Source: Mustelus asterias (Eukaryota). From it: a stretch of 64,000 bases of DNA. Below the pieces are notes generated by a model, which saw only the letters and a list, made by a program, of their open reading frames with translations, had not been told where the DNA came from and searched no databases. Positions 10,019 through 21,754 of this stretch are shown piece by piece (position 1 is the stretch's first letter; each line of letters starts with the position of its first letter). The stretch spans positions 682,001-746,000 of the forward strand of contig NW_027590142.1 in NCBI RefSeq assembly GCF_964213995.1, read 5' to 3'. The translations under genes and the position numbers were made by a program.

Positions 10019-10942
10019 ATGGAGAAACCGTGGAAATGTGGGGACTGTGGGAAAGGATTCAGTTACCCTTCCCTGCTGGAAAATCATCGGCGTAGTCACA
10101 CTGGTGAGAGACCGTTCACCTGCTCTGTCCGTGGGGAGGGATTCATTCAGTCATCGGGCCTTTGGTCTCACCAGAGAATTCACACTGAGGAAAAGCCATT
10201 CACCTGCACCTCCTGTGGGAAGAGGTTCAGGCATTCTTCAGCACTCACTGTGCACCAACACACTCACACCGGGGAGAGACCATTCATCTGCTCCGTATGT
10301 GGGAAGGGATTCACTCAGTCATTCCACCTACTGTCACACCAGCGAGTTCATACTGGGGAGAGGCTGTTCACCTGCTCCGACTGTGGGAAGGGATTCACTG
10401 GGTCATCCCACTTACTGTCACACCAGCGAGTTCACATTGAGGAGAAGCCATTCAGCTGCACTGACTGTGGACGGAGTTTCAGACAGGCATCCTCCCTCAT
10501 TGCACACCAGCGAATTCACACTGGGGAGAGACCGTTTACTTGCTTTGTGTGTGGAAAGGGATTCACAGTTTTACCCACCCTGCTGAGACACCAGAAAATT
10601 CACACTGAAGAGAAGCCATTCAGCTGCACTGACTGTGGAAAGAATTTCAGGCAGTCATCCAACCTCACTGCTCACCGATGCACTCACACTGCAGAAAGAC
10701 CATTCACATGCTCCGTGTGTGGGAAGGGATTCAGTCGGTCATCCAACCTCTCTGCTCACCAGCGAGTTCACACAGGGGAGAGGCCATTCACTTGCTCCGT
10801 GTGTGGGAAGGGATTCGCAAAGTCTTTCAACCTGCTGGCTCACCAACGCACTCACACTAAGAGGCCATTCAACTGCTCTGTGTGTGGGAAGGGATTCACT
10901 CAGTCACAATGGCTCCTGAGACATCAACAAGTTCACCAGTGA
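10019..10942 (+). CDS. C2H2 zinc-finger protein ZNF-B, 11 units (unit 2 has C>R), 307 aa
   Basis: Tandem C2H2 array; predicted acceptor TTTTACAG at 9686; in-frame TGA 39 nt upstream (9980-9982). Confidence 0.87.
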   Translation: MEKPWKCGDCGKGFSYPSLLENHRRSHTGERPFTCSVRGEGFIQSSGLWSHQRIHTEEKPFTCTSCGKRFRHSSALTVHQHTHTGERPFICSVCGKGFTQSFHLLSHQRVHTGERLFTCSDCGKGFTGSSHLLSHQRVHIEEKPFSCTDCGRSFRQASSLIAHQRIHTGERPFTCFVCGKGFTVLPTLLRHQKIHTEEKPFSCTDCGKNFRQSSNLTAHRCTHTAERPFTCSVCGKGFSRSSNLSAHQRVHTGERPFTCSVCGKGFAKSFNLLAHQRTHTKRPFNCSVCGKGFTQSQWLLRHQQVHQ

Positions 10943-12199
10943 CTGCAGGGGTTGGATTTTGCTGTTTTTGCTGCTGTTCAGTATTGACAGTCTGACAATA
11001 TTTTATTTCTGTTGATGTTAACAAATCCTATAACTAGCTGGAATTTAATATTCTGGAAGTGTCACTGATTTTCAGGGCTGCAATGTCACTTTTTAAAAGC
11101 ACCACCAGTGATCTTCCCCCTTAATTGAAGAACTCTCAACAGGAACCTGTTTAGAATAAAATTAAGAACTTTTGCTTCAATTCTAATTTGATCTTTGGGC
11201 AAAATCTACAATTCATTCTCTGAAAGATCCATCTGCAGGGCACAAAGTATTTATTTTCAATGCTTGTATTGAGATTTTCTGGAAAGCTACTCTTTGATTT
11301 TTAAGGGCTATTTTTTGGTTTCCAGGGCATCGTTTTCCATTCTCAGTAACTCCTTTATTAGTGATGTAGTCACGTAGTAACATTACCTTTTGTGTTTCTG
11401 TTAGTTTACTTCTTTGAATAAGATAGCACAAATACTGAAGACTGTGTATATATTAAATCTTTTAAATTGGAATCTATGAATGATATGTTTTGTTAACTTA
11501 TTTTAAAAATACTCCCATACTCTCTTTCCAAAATGAGAATTCTAACTATTTGACACAAGGTAACTGAATCAGATGTTTACTGGTTCAGACGGTGGAGCAG
11601 GAAAAATCTCTCCCGATTCTGATCTTCATTGTGTGTGGATTTACATTGATAACCCATCAATAACCTCACTCCACCAGCTGAGATCAGCTCTGACCGGGGA
11701 TTCTGTATGTTTTCTGTGAACGTTCAACTGCAAATAAAAGCAGTTTAGAATATGGACCTGGATGAATGGATCTCAATTTCTAATGTGACGACCCAAGTGA
11801 TTGGTAAGTATGTTCACAATATCTGGTTACTCAAATTCCTGAGCTGTAAACCCCACCTCCTGAGATATATAAAAATAATCGAGACTTGTTCAGCAGAATG
11901 GGGAAAGGTCTGCCGATGGTTGGCTCATTCCTTTTGAGGCTCACACTGCTATGAAACTAGTTCTGTAGCAGGAAGACACAACTCCTCCACACATCACTGA
12001 TAGGCTGCTGAGTCTTTTCTCAAAATAGGTGGCAAAGCTGTTCCTCCAGTTTGAGACTCTGTCTCTGCAGATGTAGCAACATCGGGAGAGACAGAATCTG
12101 TGGTTGGAGGAGATGGTCCTCACAGTTTCTGCCTCTCCCATGTACAGGATGATTTATTTCTTCCAGTAGTTCCTCACAAGACTTAATTTCTGCAGGCCT

Positions 12200-12795
12200 T
12201 TTGGCAAGTCATGTTGCAGCTTTATAGAACCTCAGTTAGGCCGCACTTGGAATATAGTGTTCAATTCTGGTCGCCACACTACCAGAAGGATGTGGAGGCT
12301 TTGGAGAGTGGAGAGGGTACAGAAAAGATCTACCAGAATGTTGCCTGGCATGGAGGACATTAGCTATGAGGAGAGGTTGGAGAAACTTGGTTTGTTCTCA
12401 CTGGAACGACGCAGGTTGAGGGCGATCTGACAAAGTCTACAAGATTGTGAGGGGCTTGGGCAAAGTGGATAGAAGCTTTTTCCCAGGGTAGAAGAGTCAA
12501 TTACTCGGGGGCACAGGTTTAAGGTGCGAGGGGCAAGGTTTAAAGGAGATGTACGAGGCAGGTTTTTTACCCAGAGGGTGGTGGGTGCCTCGAACTCGCT
12601 GCCGGGGGAGGTAGTGGAAGTAGATACGATAGTGAGTTTTAAGAGGCGTCTTGACAAATACATGAATAGGATGGGAATGGAGGGATATGGTCCCCAGAAG
12701 GGGAGGGGATTTCAGTTCAGTCGGGCAGCGTGGTTGGTGCAGGCTTGGAGGGTCGAAGGAATGTTCCTGTGCTGTAATTTTCTTTGTTTTCTTTT
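12200..12795 (+). mobile_element. CR1 3' fragment
   Basis: RGARFKGDVRGRFFTQRVVG...; same subfamily as 3151-4230. Confidence 0.88.
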
Positions 12796-14262
12796 GAGAG
12801 TGAATTCACCATCCACAGCCATTTATTTTGAACCCTGGTTTGAAATATTCTCACTCTGGGTTTAAGGCTTCACGGCGTAATACACAGATTTAGATCTTAC
12901 CACCAAACACCAATTTATATCCTCATCCGAGTCCCAGATTTAAATGTGGTTGTCCAAACTAGAAAACATATATAATTTGACTCTTTTTAAACCTGATTCA
13001 CCACACCCTGCCACACTAATTACAAGAGATTGTGTTTGGGACCAGTTGTTCCACTAAAGTCTGTGTTGTTCTCAATGATGACAGTTTTAACCTCTCCGTA
13101 ACCTGTCCTAACACTTCTGCCCTCCAGGGGGCTCTGTTTTTCTGATGGTGACATTCCCTGTTTACCCAGTCAGCCCTTGAATTGTTTGTGAATCCAGTCA
13201 CATGTCGGTTAGACTGGATCAGGGCGGCAGATTTCCTTCCTTGAAGGGAATTAGAGAACCAGATGTGTTTTTACAACAATTAATTCATGCTCATCAATAT
13301 TTTTGTTGAAACGTGGTGGGATTCAAACCCAGGTCCCAAAATCATTATAATAAATAGAGAAAATGCTGGATAAACTCAGCAAGTCTGTTTTATTCAGAAT
13401 TCCAGCATCTGCTGGATTTTCCTTTATCTCCAAATCATTCCCCTGGAATACTCCTGCTCTGGCTCTAATTCCAGTCAGCTCAGACAACAAAAACAGGTTT
13501 CACAAAATCACAAACATTTAAAAAAGGAGGTAGTCAAAAGGCAGGTAACAAGAGGCCGGTTAGCTTAACTTCTGTAGGAGGGAAAATCCTTGGATCTATC
13601 ATCAGGGAAGAAATAGCGAGACATCTGGATATAAGTTGTCCCATGGGTAAGATGCAGCATGGGTTCATGAAGGGCAGGTCATGTTTGACTAATTTGGTGG
13701 AATTATTTGAGAACATTACATGTGCAGTGGACAATGGGGAACCTGTGGATGTGGTGTATCTGGATTTCCAGAAGGCATTTGACAAGGTGCCGCACCAAAG
13801 ACTGCTACATAAGATAAAGGTGCACAGTGTTACAGGTAATGTATTGGCATGGATAGAGGATTGGTTAACTAACAGAAAGCAAAGAGTGGGGGTAAATGGG
13901 TGTTTTTCTGGTTGGCGATCAGTGACTAGTGGTGTGCCTCAGGGATCAGTGTTGGGACCGCAATTGTTTACGATTTACATAGATGATTTGGAGTTGGGGA
14001 CCAAGTGTAGTGTGTCAAAATTCGCAGATGACACGAAGAGCAAAGTGTGCAGAGGATGCTGAAAGTCTGCAAAGGGATATAGATAATCTAAGTGAGTGGG
14101 CGAGGGTCTGACAGATGGAGTACAATGTTGGTAAATGTGAGGTCATCCATTTTGGTAGGAATAACAGCAAAATGGACTATTATTTAAATGGGAAAAAATT
14201 GCAGCATGCTGCTGTGCAGAGGCCAAGCTGATTGGAGGAGGGAAAGCACTTCCTCCTCTATG

Positions 14263-14299
14263 ACTTGATCTCATTTGCATCTTAGCCAAAAGGCCGAGA
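14263..14299 (-). other. U2 snRNA 5'-end-like fragment (not a gene)
   Basis: Minus strand TCTCGGCCTTTTGGCTAAGAT matches vertebrate U2 nt ~7-27 as I recall it, followed by an extra GCAAATGAGAT and then CAAGT. Confidence 0.65.
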
Positions 14300-14356
14300 T
14301 ACTGCTTTTAAAAATTGCTTCATATGAAACATATGAAGCTTCAATGTAACCTAATG

Positions 14357-15076
14357 ACCTCAAACAAACCTCTGCAAGACGTGCCGGATCATTGACACGG
14401 ATGCCATCATCTCACGTGAGAACACCATCTACCAGGTACACGGTACCTACTCTTGCAACTCGGCCAACATTGTCTACCTGATACGCTGCAAGAAAGGATG
14501 TCCCGAGGCATGGTACATTGGGGAAACCATGCAGACGCTACGACAACGGATGAATGAACACCGCTCGACAATCACCAGGCAAGACTGTTCTCTTCCTGTG
14601 GGGGAGCACTTCAGCAGTCACGGGCATTCAGCCTTGGATCTTCAGGTAAGCGTTCTCCAAGGCGGCCTTCACGTCACACGACAGCGCAGAGTCGCTGAGC
14701 AGAAACTGATAGCCAAGTTCCGCACACATGAGGACGGCCTAAACCGGGATGTTGGATTTATGTCACATTATCAGTAACACCCACAGCTTGCCTCCTGGGC
14801 TTGTAGAATCTTAATAGCTGTTCTGTCTGGAGACAATACACATTTCTTGAACCCGTGTTTACTGTTCCCTCCACCCACATTGTCTGTACCTTTAAGACCT
14901 GGCTGGCTGGAGGATTCGCATTCTAATCAGTATTCTGCAATTTGATTTTGTCTGTTTGCACTGTTTGAGAGCACATTTCCACTCCATCTGACGAAGGAGC
15001 AGTGCTCCGAAAGCTTATGGTATTTGCTACCAAATAAACCTGTTGGACTTTAACCTGGTGTTGTGAGACTTCTTAC
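14357..15076 (+). mobile_element. Penelope-like element 3' part (GIY-YIG endonuclease and terminal repeat)
   Basis: VYLIRCKKGCPEAWYIGETMQTLRQRMNEH...EQKLIAKF...GLN GIY-YIG signature; Cys knuckle LCKTC upstream suggests the Neptune type. Confidence 0.9.
14984..15020 (+). ncRNA. Minimal type I hammerhead ribozyme motif (Penelope terminal repeat)
   Basis: CCA-T-CTGACGA-A-GGAGC-AGT-GCTCC-GAAA-GCTTA-TGG: CUGANGA and GAAA core, stem II, palindromic AAGCTT stem III. Confidence 0.7.
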
Positions 15077-15786
15077 GCTGTGCAGAGGGACAGGGGTGTC
15101 CTTGTGCAGGAATCTCAAAGAGTTGGTTTGCAGGTGCAACAGGTAATTAAGAAGGCAAATGGAATTTTGTCCTTCATTGCTCGAGGGATGGAGTTTAAAA
15201 ACAGCGAGATTATGTTGCAGCTGTATAAGGTGCTGGTGAGGCCACACCTGGAATACTGTGTACAGTTTTGGTCTCCTTACTTGAGAAAGGATATACTGGC
15301 ACTGGAGGGGGTGCAGAGGAGATTCACGAGGTTGATTCCGGAGTTGAGAGGGTTGGCTTATGAGCAGAAACTGAATAGACTGGGGCTATACTCATTGGAT
15401 TTCAGAAGAATGAGGGGAGATCTTATAGAAACATATAAGATTATGAAGGGAATAGATAAGATAGAAGCAGGGAAGTTGTTTCCACTGGCGGGTGAAACTA
15501 GAACTTGGGGGCATAGCCTCAAAATAAGGGGAAGCAGATTTAGGACTGAGTTGAGGAGGAACTTCTTCACACAAAGGGTTGTGAATCTGTGGAATTCCCT
15601 GCCCAGTGAAGCAGTTGGGGCTACCTCATTGAATGTTTTTAAGGCAAGGATAGATAAATTATTGAACAGTAAAGGAATTAAGGGCTATGGTGAGCAGGCG
15701 TGTAAGTGGAGCTGAGTCCACAAAAAGATCAGCCACGAGGCTCGAGGGGCCAGATGGCCTACTCCTGCTCCTAGTTCTTATGTTCT

Positions 15787-15876
15787 TCCCACAATCCCCA
15801 CATTTCCATGGCATCTCCCTGTGACTGCAATTATGTTCCAAAAGGCCAGATGATTGGTTGAAGCTTTCACCACACC
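15787..15876 (-). pseudogene. ZNF relic fragment
   Basis: Minus strand reads [30 protein letters not shown] and is cut off at the CR1 3' tail. Confidence 0.65.
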
Positions 15877-16249
15877 TGACTAAACCTCTGACTAACCTGA
15901 CTAAAACTGAGGATAAAGTATTGGTGTCTGTAAGGGCTAAAACAATACCCTTGGCTTCCTTGTAGATCTATGGCACCAAGTTCAAGACTCCTTCATGAAT
16001 CATCCTCTTGGCCTCTTGCCTGTCAACTGTCCATGAGAATCTCATGTTTCAGAATGTTCACTGCTCATTCTTCCAGAACTAATGAGTATAGGTGCAACCT
16101 TTCCCCAAAAGACAACGAGTTGGATTCTGTGGGATCACTTCCACAAAACTGGAGAATCCCCCCCTGAGGTCAGAGGACCCCCCGGCCTGCTACGATTCCT
16201 GTGGTGGGTGGGATGGGAGAATTCTCCCCTACACCTTCACAACCTTTCC

Positions 16250-16760
16250 TCAAAAGCCAACACCTTCATCTTAGGAATGGGCCTGGTGAACTTTCTCTGA
16301 ACTCATTCCAATGAAAGCATGTCATTCCATAAGTAGGGAGACCAAAACCGCACACAGTATTCCAGCTGCTATCTCAGCAATGTCCTGTGTAGGTGCAGCA
16401 AGTTCCCTTTTTCAAACTCCACCCCCTTGCAGTAAAGTCCAACACTCCATTTGCCGCCTTCTTTACTTGCTGTACCTTCATCCTATTTTTTCACGATTCA
16501 TGTACAAGGACACCCAGATTCCTCTCTACGGCAGTATTCTTCAGTTTCTGTATATTTAAACAATTTTTTGCTTCTCTATTCTTCCTGCCAAAGTGGAAAA
16601 GCTCCCACTTTCCCGCACTATACTCCATCTGCCATTTTTCTGTCCATTCAGGTAACTTATCTGTGCCCCTTACAGATTGTTTGTAATAACCTCACAACTT
16701 GCTTTTCTACCTATCTTTGTATCATCAATTCTGGCTTCATCCAAGTCATTGATCAAGGTG
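16250..16760 (-). mobile_element. Old degenerate CR1 fragment
   Basis: INDLDEARIDDTKIGRKASCE and LEYCVRFWSP-like remnants. Confidence 0.7.
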
Positions 16761-17779
16761 GCTGTTTTTCTCTCTCTCAGTTGTGGGTGATATTTGTCTC
16801 TATTCTCCTGGAAACTGAATGAATCTTGTTCCAAACTGGGTTCAATATCAGACATTTCAGGGAGTCAGGAATCATTCGCCCCTGAACCTACACTGGTAAA
16901 ACCCCAGGCAGTTCCTCAGTAAGGATTTTTCTGGTTCCTCACCATATATTAGTCAGGATACTGAAACCCAGCTTTTTTACAGTCCACTCCTAGAGGCCCC
17001 ACTCCCTGAGCCGACAAAATTCAGCAGTGTCAGTGCTGAAGTTTCACAGTGGGAGTGATTCCCAGAGTAACTGTCAATCAGATCACCATTGATGTCCAGG
17101 TTTGTGTATTTTTAGTTATCCTGATGTCTAACACACACACATCAATAAAACAGGGAATTCCTGCAAACAAACTGCAGCTTCTTCTCTATCTGGACAGACA
17201 ATGTTTGTTGAATAATTGTCCCAGCGGTTAACAAGCTCCTGTGAACTCATCCAACTCGTATTTTAATACTGACTTTAACAAATATATTTTAAACAGGTTT
17301 ATTTTAAATGAGTTAAAACCAGCCTTAAAATGGTATATATAGTATAACAACCATAGTACTTTTCAGACTGGAAACTTTAACCTGCTGTTTCACTTTGATT
17401 TAGGAGCAGATCCCAGTTTTACACCAGTCTCTGATTCATGTATCCAGCATTCACCGTCATTCTAAAAGCAGAAGTTGCTGCAAAATCTCAGTAAGTCTGA
17501 CAGAATCTGTAAAGTCAGGAACAATTAATGTTTCCAGTTGAATGTGACTCTTCTTCAGTGTCAAAACATTAGTTCTGTTTCTCTCTCCAGAGATGCTGTC
17601 AGACCTGCTGAGTTTTTACAGCACTTCTTGTTTTTATTTCCGAGTTCAGGACTCAGACAAGACAATCCACAATACAAATCTTACAACTGGGCCAGGGTTT
17701 ATTAACATCAGCAGAAACAGACACCGATGAAAATGGTTGGGACCTCGATGTGATGAACAGCAAAATTCAGTCCTTGCAG

Positions 17780-18454
17780 TCACTCGTGAACATGATGGTG
17801 TTTCAGCAGGTGAGGTGACTGAGTGAATCCCTTCCCACACACGGAGCAGGTGAATGGCCTGTCCCCAGTGTGAATTCGCTGGTGCTTTACCAGGTTGGAT
17901 GATTGACTGAATCCCTTGCCACAATCAGAGCAGGTGAATGGTCTCTCCCCAGTGTGAACTCGCTGGTGCCTCCGCAGGCTGGATGAACAAGTGAATCCCT
18001 CCCCACACTGAGGGCAGCTGAATGGCGTCTCCCCAGTGTGAACTCGCTGGTGTTTCCGCAGGTTGGATAACTGAGTGAATCCCTTCCCACAATGAGAGCA
18101 GCTGAATGGCCTCTCCCCAGTGTGAACTCGCTGGTGTGTCTGCAGGTGGGATGAACAAGTGAATCCCTTCCCACACTGAGGACATGTAAATGGTCTCTCT
18201 GCCGTGTGAACTCGCTGGTGCCTCCGCAGGTGGGATGAACAAGTGAATCCCTTCCCACACTGAGAGCAGGTGAACAGCCTCTCCCCAGTGTGAACTCGCT
18301 GGTGTGTCAGCAGGCTGCATAAATGACTGAATCCCTCCCCACACTGAGTGCAAGTGAATGGCCTCTCCCCAGTGTGGCTGCGCCGATGAGCTTCCAGCTG
18401 AGATTGGGATCTGTATCTCTTCCCACAGTCCACACATTTCCATGGTTTCTCCAT
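17780..18454 (-). CDS. C2H2 zinc-finger protein ZNF-C, 8 fingers
   Basis: ATG (GCACCATGG) at 18454; in-frame TGA at 18491-18493; acceptor at 18804; 66-nt micro-exon 18973-19038; exon-1 donor at 20689. Confidence 0.87.
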   Translation of the reverse strand: MEKPWKCVDCGKRYRSQSQLEAHRRSHTGERPFTCTQCGEGFSHLCSLLTHQRVHTGERLFTCSQCGKGFTCSSHLRRHQRVHTAERPFTCPQCGKGFTCSSHLQTHQRVHTGERPFSCSHCGKGFTQLSNLRKHQRVHTGETPFSCPQCGEGFTCSSSLRRHQRVHTGERPFTCSDCGKGFSQSSNLVKHQRIHTGDRPFTCSVCGKGFTQSPHLLKHHHVHE

Positions 18455-19041
18455 GGTGCAGGTGTCCTGACCTCTGTCTTGGGTGGACAATCAGTTCAAG
18501 CCTCGTCCACACACACAGCACGGGTACAGTCTCTCCCCGCTGTGAATGGTGTGATATTTATTCAGGCGGTGTAACTAGTTAAAGCTCTTTAGTCCGAGCA
18601 CTAGAACACTCTCACTCGAGTGTGGCAGTGTGTTGGTGCTTTTCCCGTCACACTGATGGTCGAACTCTTTTCAAATCGACAAACTGGACAATCATTTCTC
18701 CTTCGCGATTCAAAGTCCGATGATATTCAGCTCCCAAGGAATATGACTCTGTCAGATCTGACGTGACGTTTGAGATTTCGGCCTGTGATTCCTCTTTCAA
18801 TATCCTGTAAAATGAATTTACAAAAGTCATCAGTGTCAGTACAGGATAGAAAGTCAGAACAGACAATTCTAGTTTCTATGGAACATTCTTTCCTATTTCA
18901 GTCCCAAAAAGCTGTAAATCTCCATCCCACACACTCTCCCTCCATTCTCACTCTGCTGTATCTAATATTCACCCTCCCAATTCTCCTGAAGGTGCTGATT
19001 GAGGCTGATTCACAGATCCATGCTCACTGCTTCCTGTCCTG

Positions 19042-19870
19042 GATGTGGAGATGCCGGCGTTGGACTGGGGTAAGCACAGTAAGAAGTCTCACAACACCAG
19101 GTTAAAGTCCAACAGGTTTATTTGGTAGCAAATACCATAAGCTTTCGGAGCACTGCTCCTTCGTCAGATGGAGTGAAAATCTGTTCTCCAAAAGTGCACA
19201 GAGACACAACATCAAGTTACAGAATACTAATTAGAATGTAAATCTCTACAGCCAGCCAGGTCTTAAAGGTACAGATAATGTGGGTGGAGGGAACATTAAA
19301 CACAGGTTAAAGAGATGCGTATTGTCTCCAGACAGAACAGCTTGTAAGATTCTGCAAGATCAGGAGGCAAGCTGTGGGGGTTACTGATAATGTGACATAA
19401 ATCCAACATCCCGGTTTAGGCCGTCCTCATGTGTGCGGAACTTGGCTATCAGTTTCTGCTCAGCGACTCTGCGCTGTCGTGTGTCGTGAAGGCCGCCTTG
19501 GAGAACGCTTACCTGAAGATCCAAGGCTGAATGCCCGTGACTGCTGAAGTGCTCCCCCACAGGAAGAGAACAGTCTTGCCTGGTGATTGTCGAGCGGTGT
19601 TCATTCATCCGTTGTCGTAGCATCTGCATGGTTTCCCCAATGTACCATGCCTCGGGACATCCTTTCCTGCAGCGTATCAGGTAGACAACGTTGGCCGAGT
19701 TGCAAGAGTCTGTACCGTGTACCTGGTGGATGGTGTTCTCACGTGAGATGATGGCATCCGTGTCGATGATCCGGCCCGTCTTGCAGAGGTTGCTGTGGCA
19801 GGGTTGTGTGGTGTCATGGTCACTGTTCTCCTGAAGGCTGGGTAGTTTGCTGCGGACAATGGTCTGTTGG
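19042..19870 (-). mobile_element. Penelope-like element 3' part in ZNF-C intron 1
   Basis: GIY-YIG ORF (PCHSNLCK...VYLIRC...WYIGET); terminal repeat with hammerhead motif at 19135-19171. Confidence 0.9.
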
Positions 19871-19944
19871 AGAACAGGTAGACTGTTCTCTACCTGTTGG
19901 GGAGCACTTGAGCGGTCACGGACATTCGGCCTCTGATATTTGGC

Positions 19945-20557
19945 TAAGCGTTCTCCAAGGCGGCCTTCACGACACATGACAGCGCAGAGTCGCTGAGCAG
20001 AAACTGATAGCCAAGTTCCGCACACGAGGACGGCCTCAACCGGGATATTGGGTTCATGTCACACTATTTGTAATCCCCACAGCCTGCCTGGACCTGCAGA
20101 GTTTCACTGGCTGTCCTGTCTGGAGACAATACACATCTCTTTAGCCTGTCTTGATGCTCTCTCCACTCACATTGTTTGTATCTTAAAGACTTGATTAGCT
20201 GTAAGTATTCGCATTCCAACCATTATTCATATAAATTGTGTTTGTGTCTTTATAAGCCCTGTTTGTGAACAGAATTCCCACTCACCTGAAGAAGGGGCTT
20301 GGGGCTCCGAAAGCTTGTGAGGCTTTTGCTACCAAATAAACCTGTTGGACTTTAACCTGGTGTTGTTAAACTTCTTCCCGAGATTAAAGTCATGATGTGG
20401 AGATGCCGGCGTTGGGCGGGGTAAAGACAGTAAGAAGTTTAACAACACCAGGTTAAAGTCCAACAGGTTTATTTGGTAGTGTGGCTTGTGAGGCTTTTGC
20501 AACCAAATAAACCTGTTGGACTTTAACCTGGTGTTCAACTTCTTCCCGGGATTAAAG
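19945..20557 (+). mobile_element. Oppositely oriented Penelope 3' fragment plus nested terminal-repeat pieces
   Basis: GIY-YIG C-terminus; hammerhead motif at 20281-20321 (CTCAC/GTGAG stem I); ~70-bp direct repeat (20315-20389 and 20486-20557) flanking an inverted terminus. Confidence 0.8.
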
Positions 20558-20559
20558 CG

Positions 20560-20830
20560 TGGGAGCTGTAAACCCGGGACCTGCAGGGTCTATTCGGGCT
20601 GTGCGGCCTACAGCGGGTGTTTGTGAAGCCAGAGCTCCCTCCCGACCCCGACTCCCGGCTCCATTTCTCCCGCAGCCCCACCGACTCACCCACTGAAAAA
20701 AGCGGCTCCCGCACTCAGGGCTCCGAGCAAAGTGACACTGCGCACGCTCCAGATACATAACTGCGCCTGCGCAATGGGCTCCTGTGGAATGAATAGGACA
20801 CTTTCACACCCGCACGGGCACCTGGGTATT
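20560..20830 (-). promoter_or_regulatory. CpG-rich promoter and first exon of ZNF-C
   Basis: NRF1-like TGCGCCTGCGCA and TGCGCACGC; donor GG|GTGAGT at 20689; inverted paralog at 32025-32262. Confidence 0.65.
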
Positions 20831-21754
20831 AACGGCGTCATTGTCAAAGACAATAATAGAAAATTATCTTGTGCAATTAGGATCAAATAATGTTTAAAAA
20901 TGCATTCCTCGGAATTTGTGCGCTGCCATTCACTCTTTCTATAATTGATTTAAACCAGTGCTCTCCTGTGGGAATACCGCGAGTTTTTAAAACTTTTCCC
21001 ACTGGTTTCCCTCTCTCTCTCTTCTCTCCTGAAGGAGCTCATACTGGTTGGGTAAATCCCACAGGGACTGGTTTCTTTCACTTTCTTTATCCTGATGCTG
21101 AATATTCTGTTTCATGGAATGATACATCACAGATGGAAACCATTTGGCTCGTCCTGCCCAGTCGGGCTGTCTTTAAGATCTATCCAATTAATCCCACAGC
21201 CCTGCTGGCAGAGTGAGAACAATGTATATATACTGCAGCAATGCAAGAGGTGAATGGAAAATGTTTTCCAGTTGCATACCTCTCAGACACACTCACCCCT
21301 AGAAAGATAAATTGACGTGTGTACTAAGCAGATATTGAGGTTCCACTTAAAATTAAAACAGAAGGTGCTGGAAAAATGTAGCAGTCACCGGGGCCGAGTT
21401 GATGGTCAAAATGATGGTGCTGAGCTGCTGTTAGAATGTAACCAGCAATTCAACAAGCCACTCAAAATATTGAATCAAATAAAATTGATCAAAGATTGAA
21501 CCAAAGTATTCCGTTTTCCAACATGGTGCTATGATTTTTTGTGATGGTTTTAATGTTCTCACAATTACCTGGTGTAGTCTGGGTTTATTTTATACTCATT
21601 CCAACCCATCGCTGTTCATGAAGCACATTACCCCCACTCTGATTCCCCATCCCATCAGAGACAACTCAGTCACTGACTGGAAACTAGGGCTTTTCATGAG
21701 AGCTCTGACAACCGAGAATGCACAGTAGGCAGAATGAACCTGAGCTAACAAACC

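Larger units (their letters stand above)
13525..15786 (+). mobile_element. 5'-truncated CR1 LINE split by a Penelope insertion (14223-15076)
   Basis: [43 protein letters not shown]; resumes at 15077 with VRPHLEYCVQFWSP; 12-bp TSD GCTGTGCAGAGG (14211-14222 and 15077-15088). Confidence 0.92.

Noticed and set aside
14263-14299. Functional U2 snRNA gene
   Set aside because: Only ~21+5 nt match; no branch-point recognition region, Sm site, PSE or 3' box.
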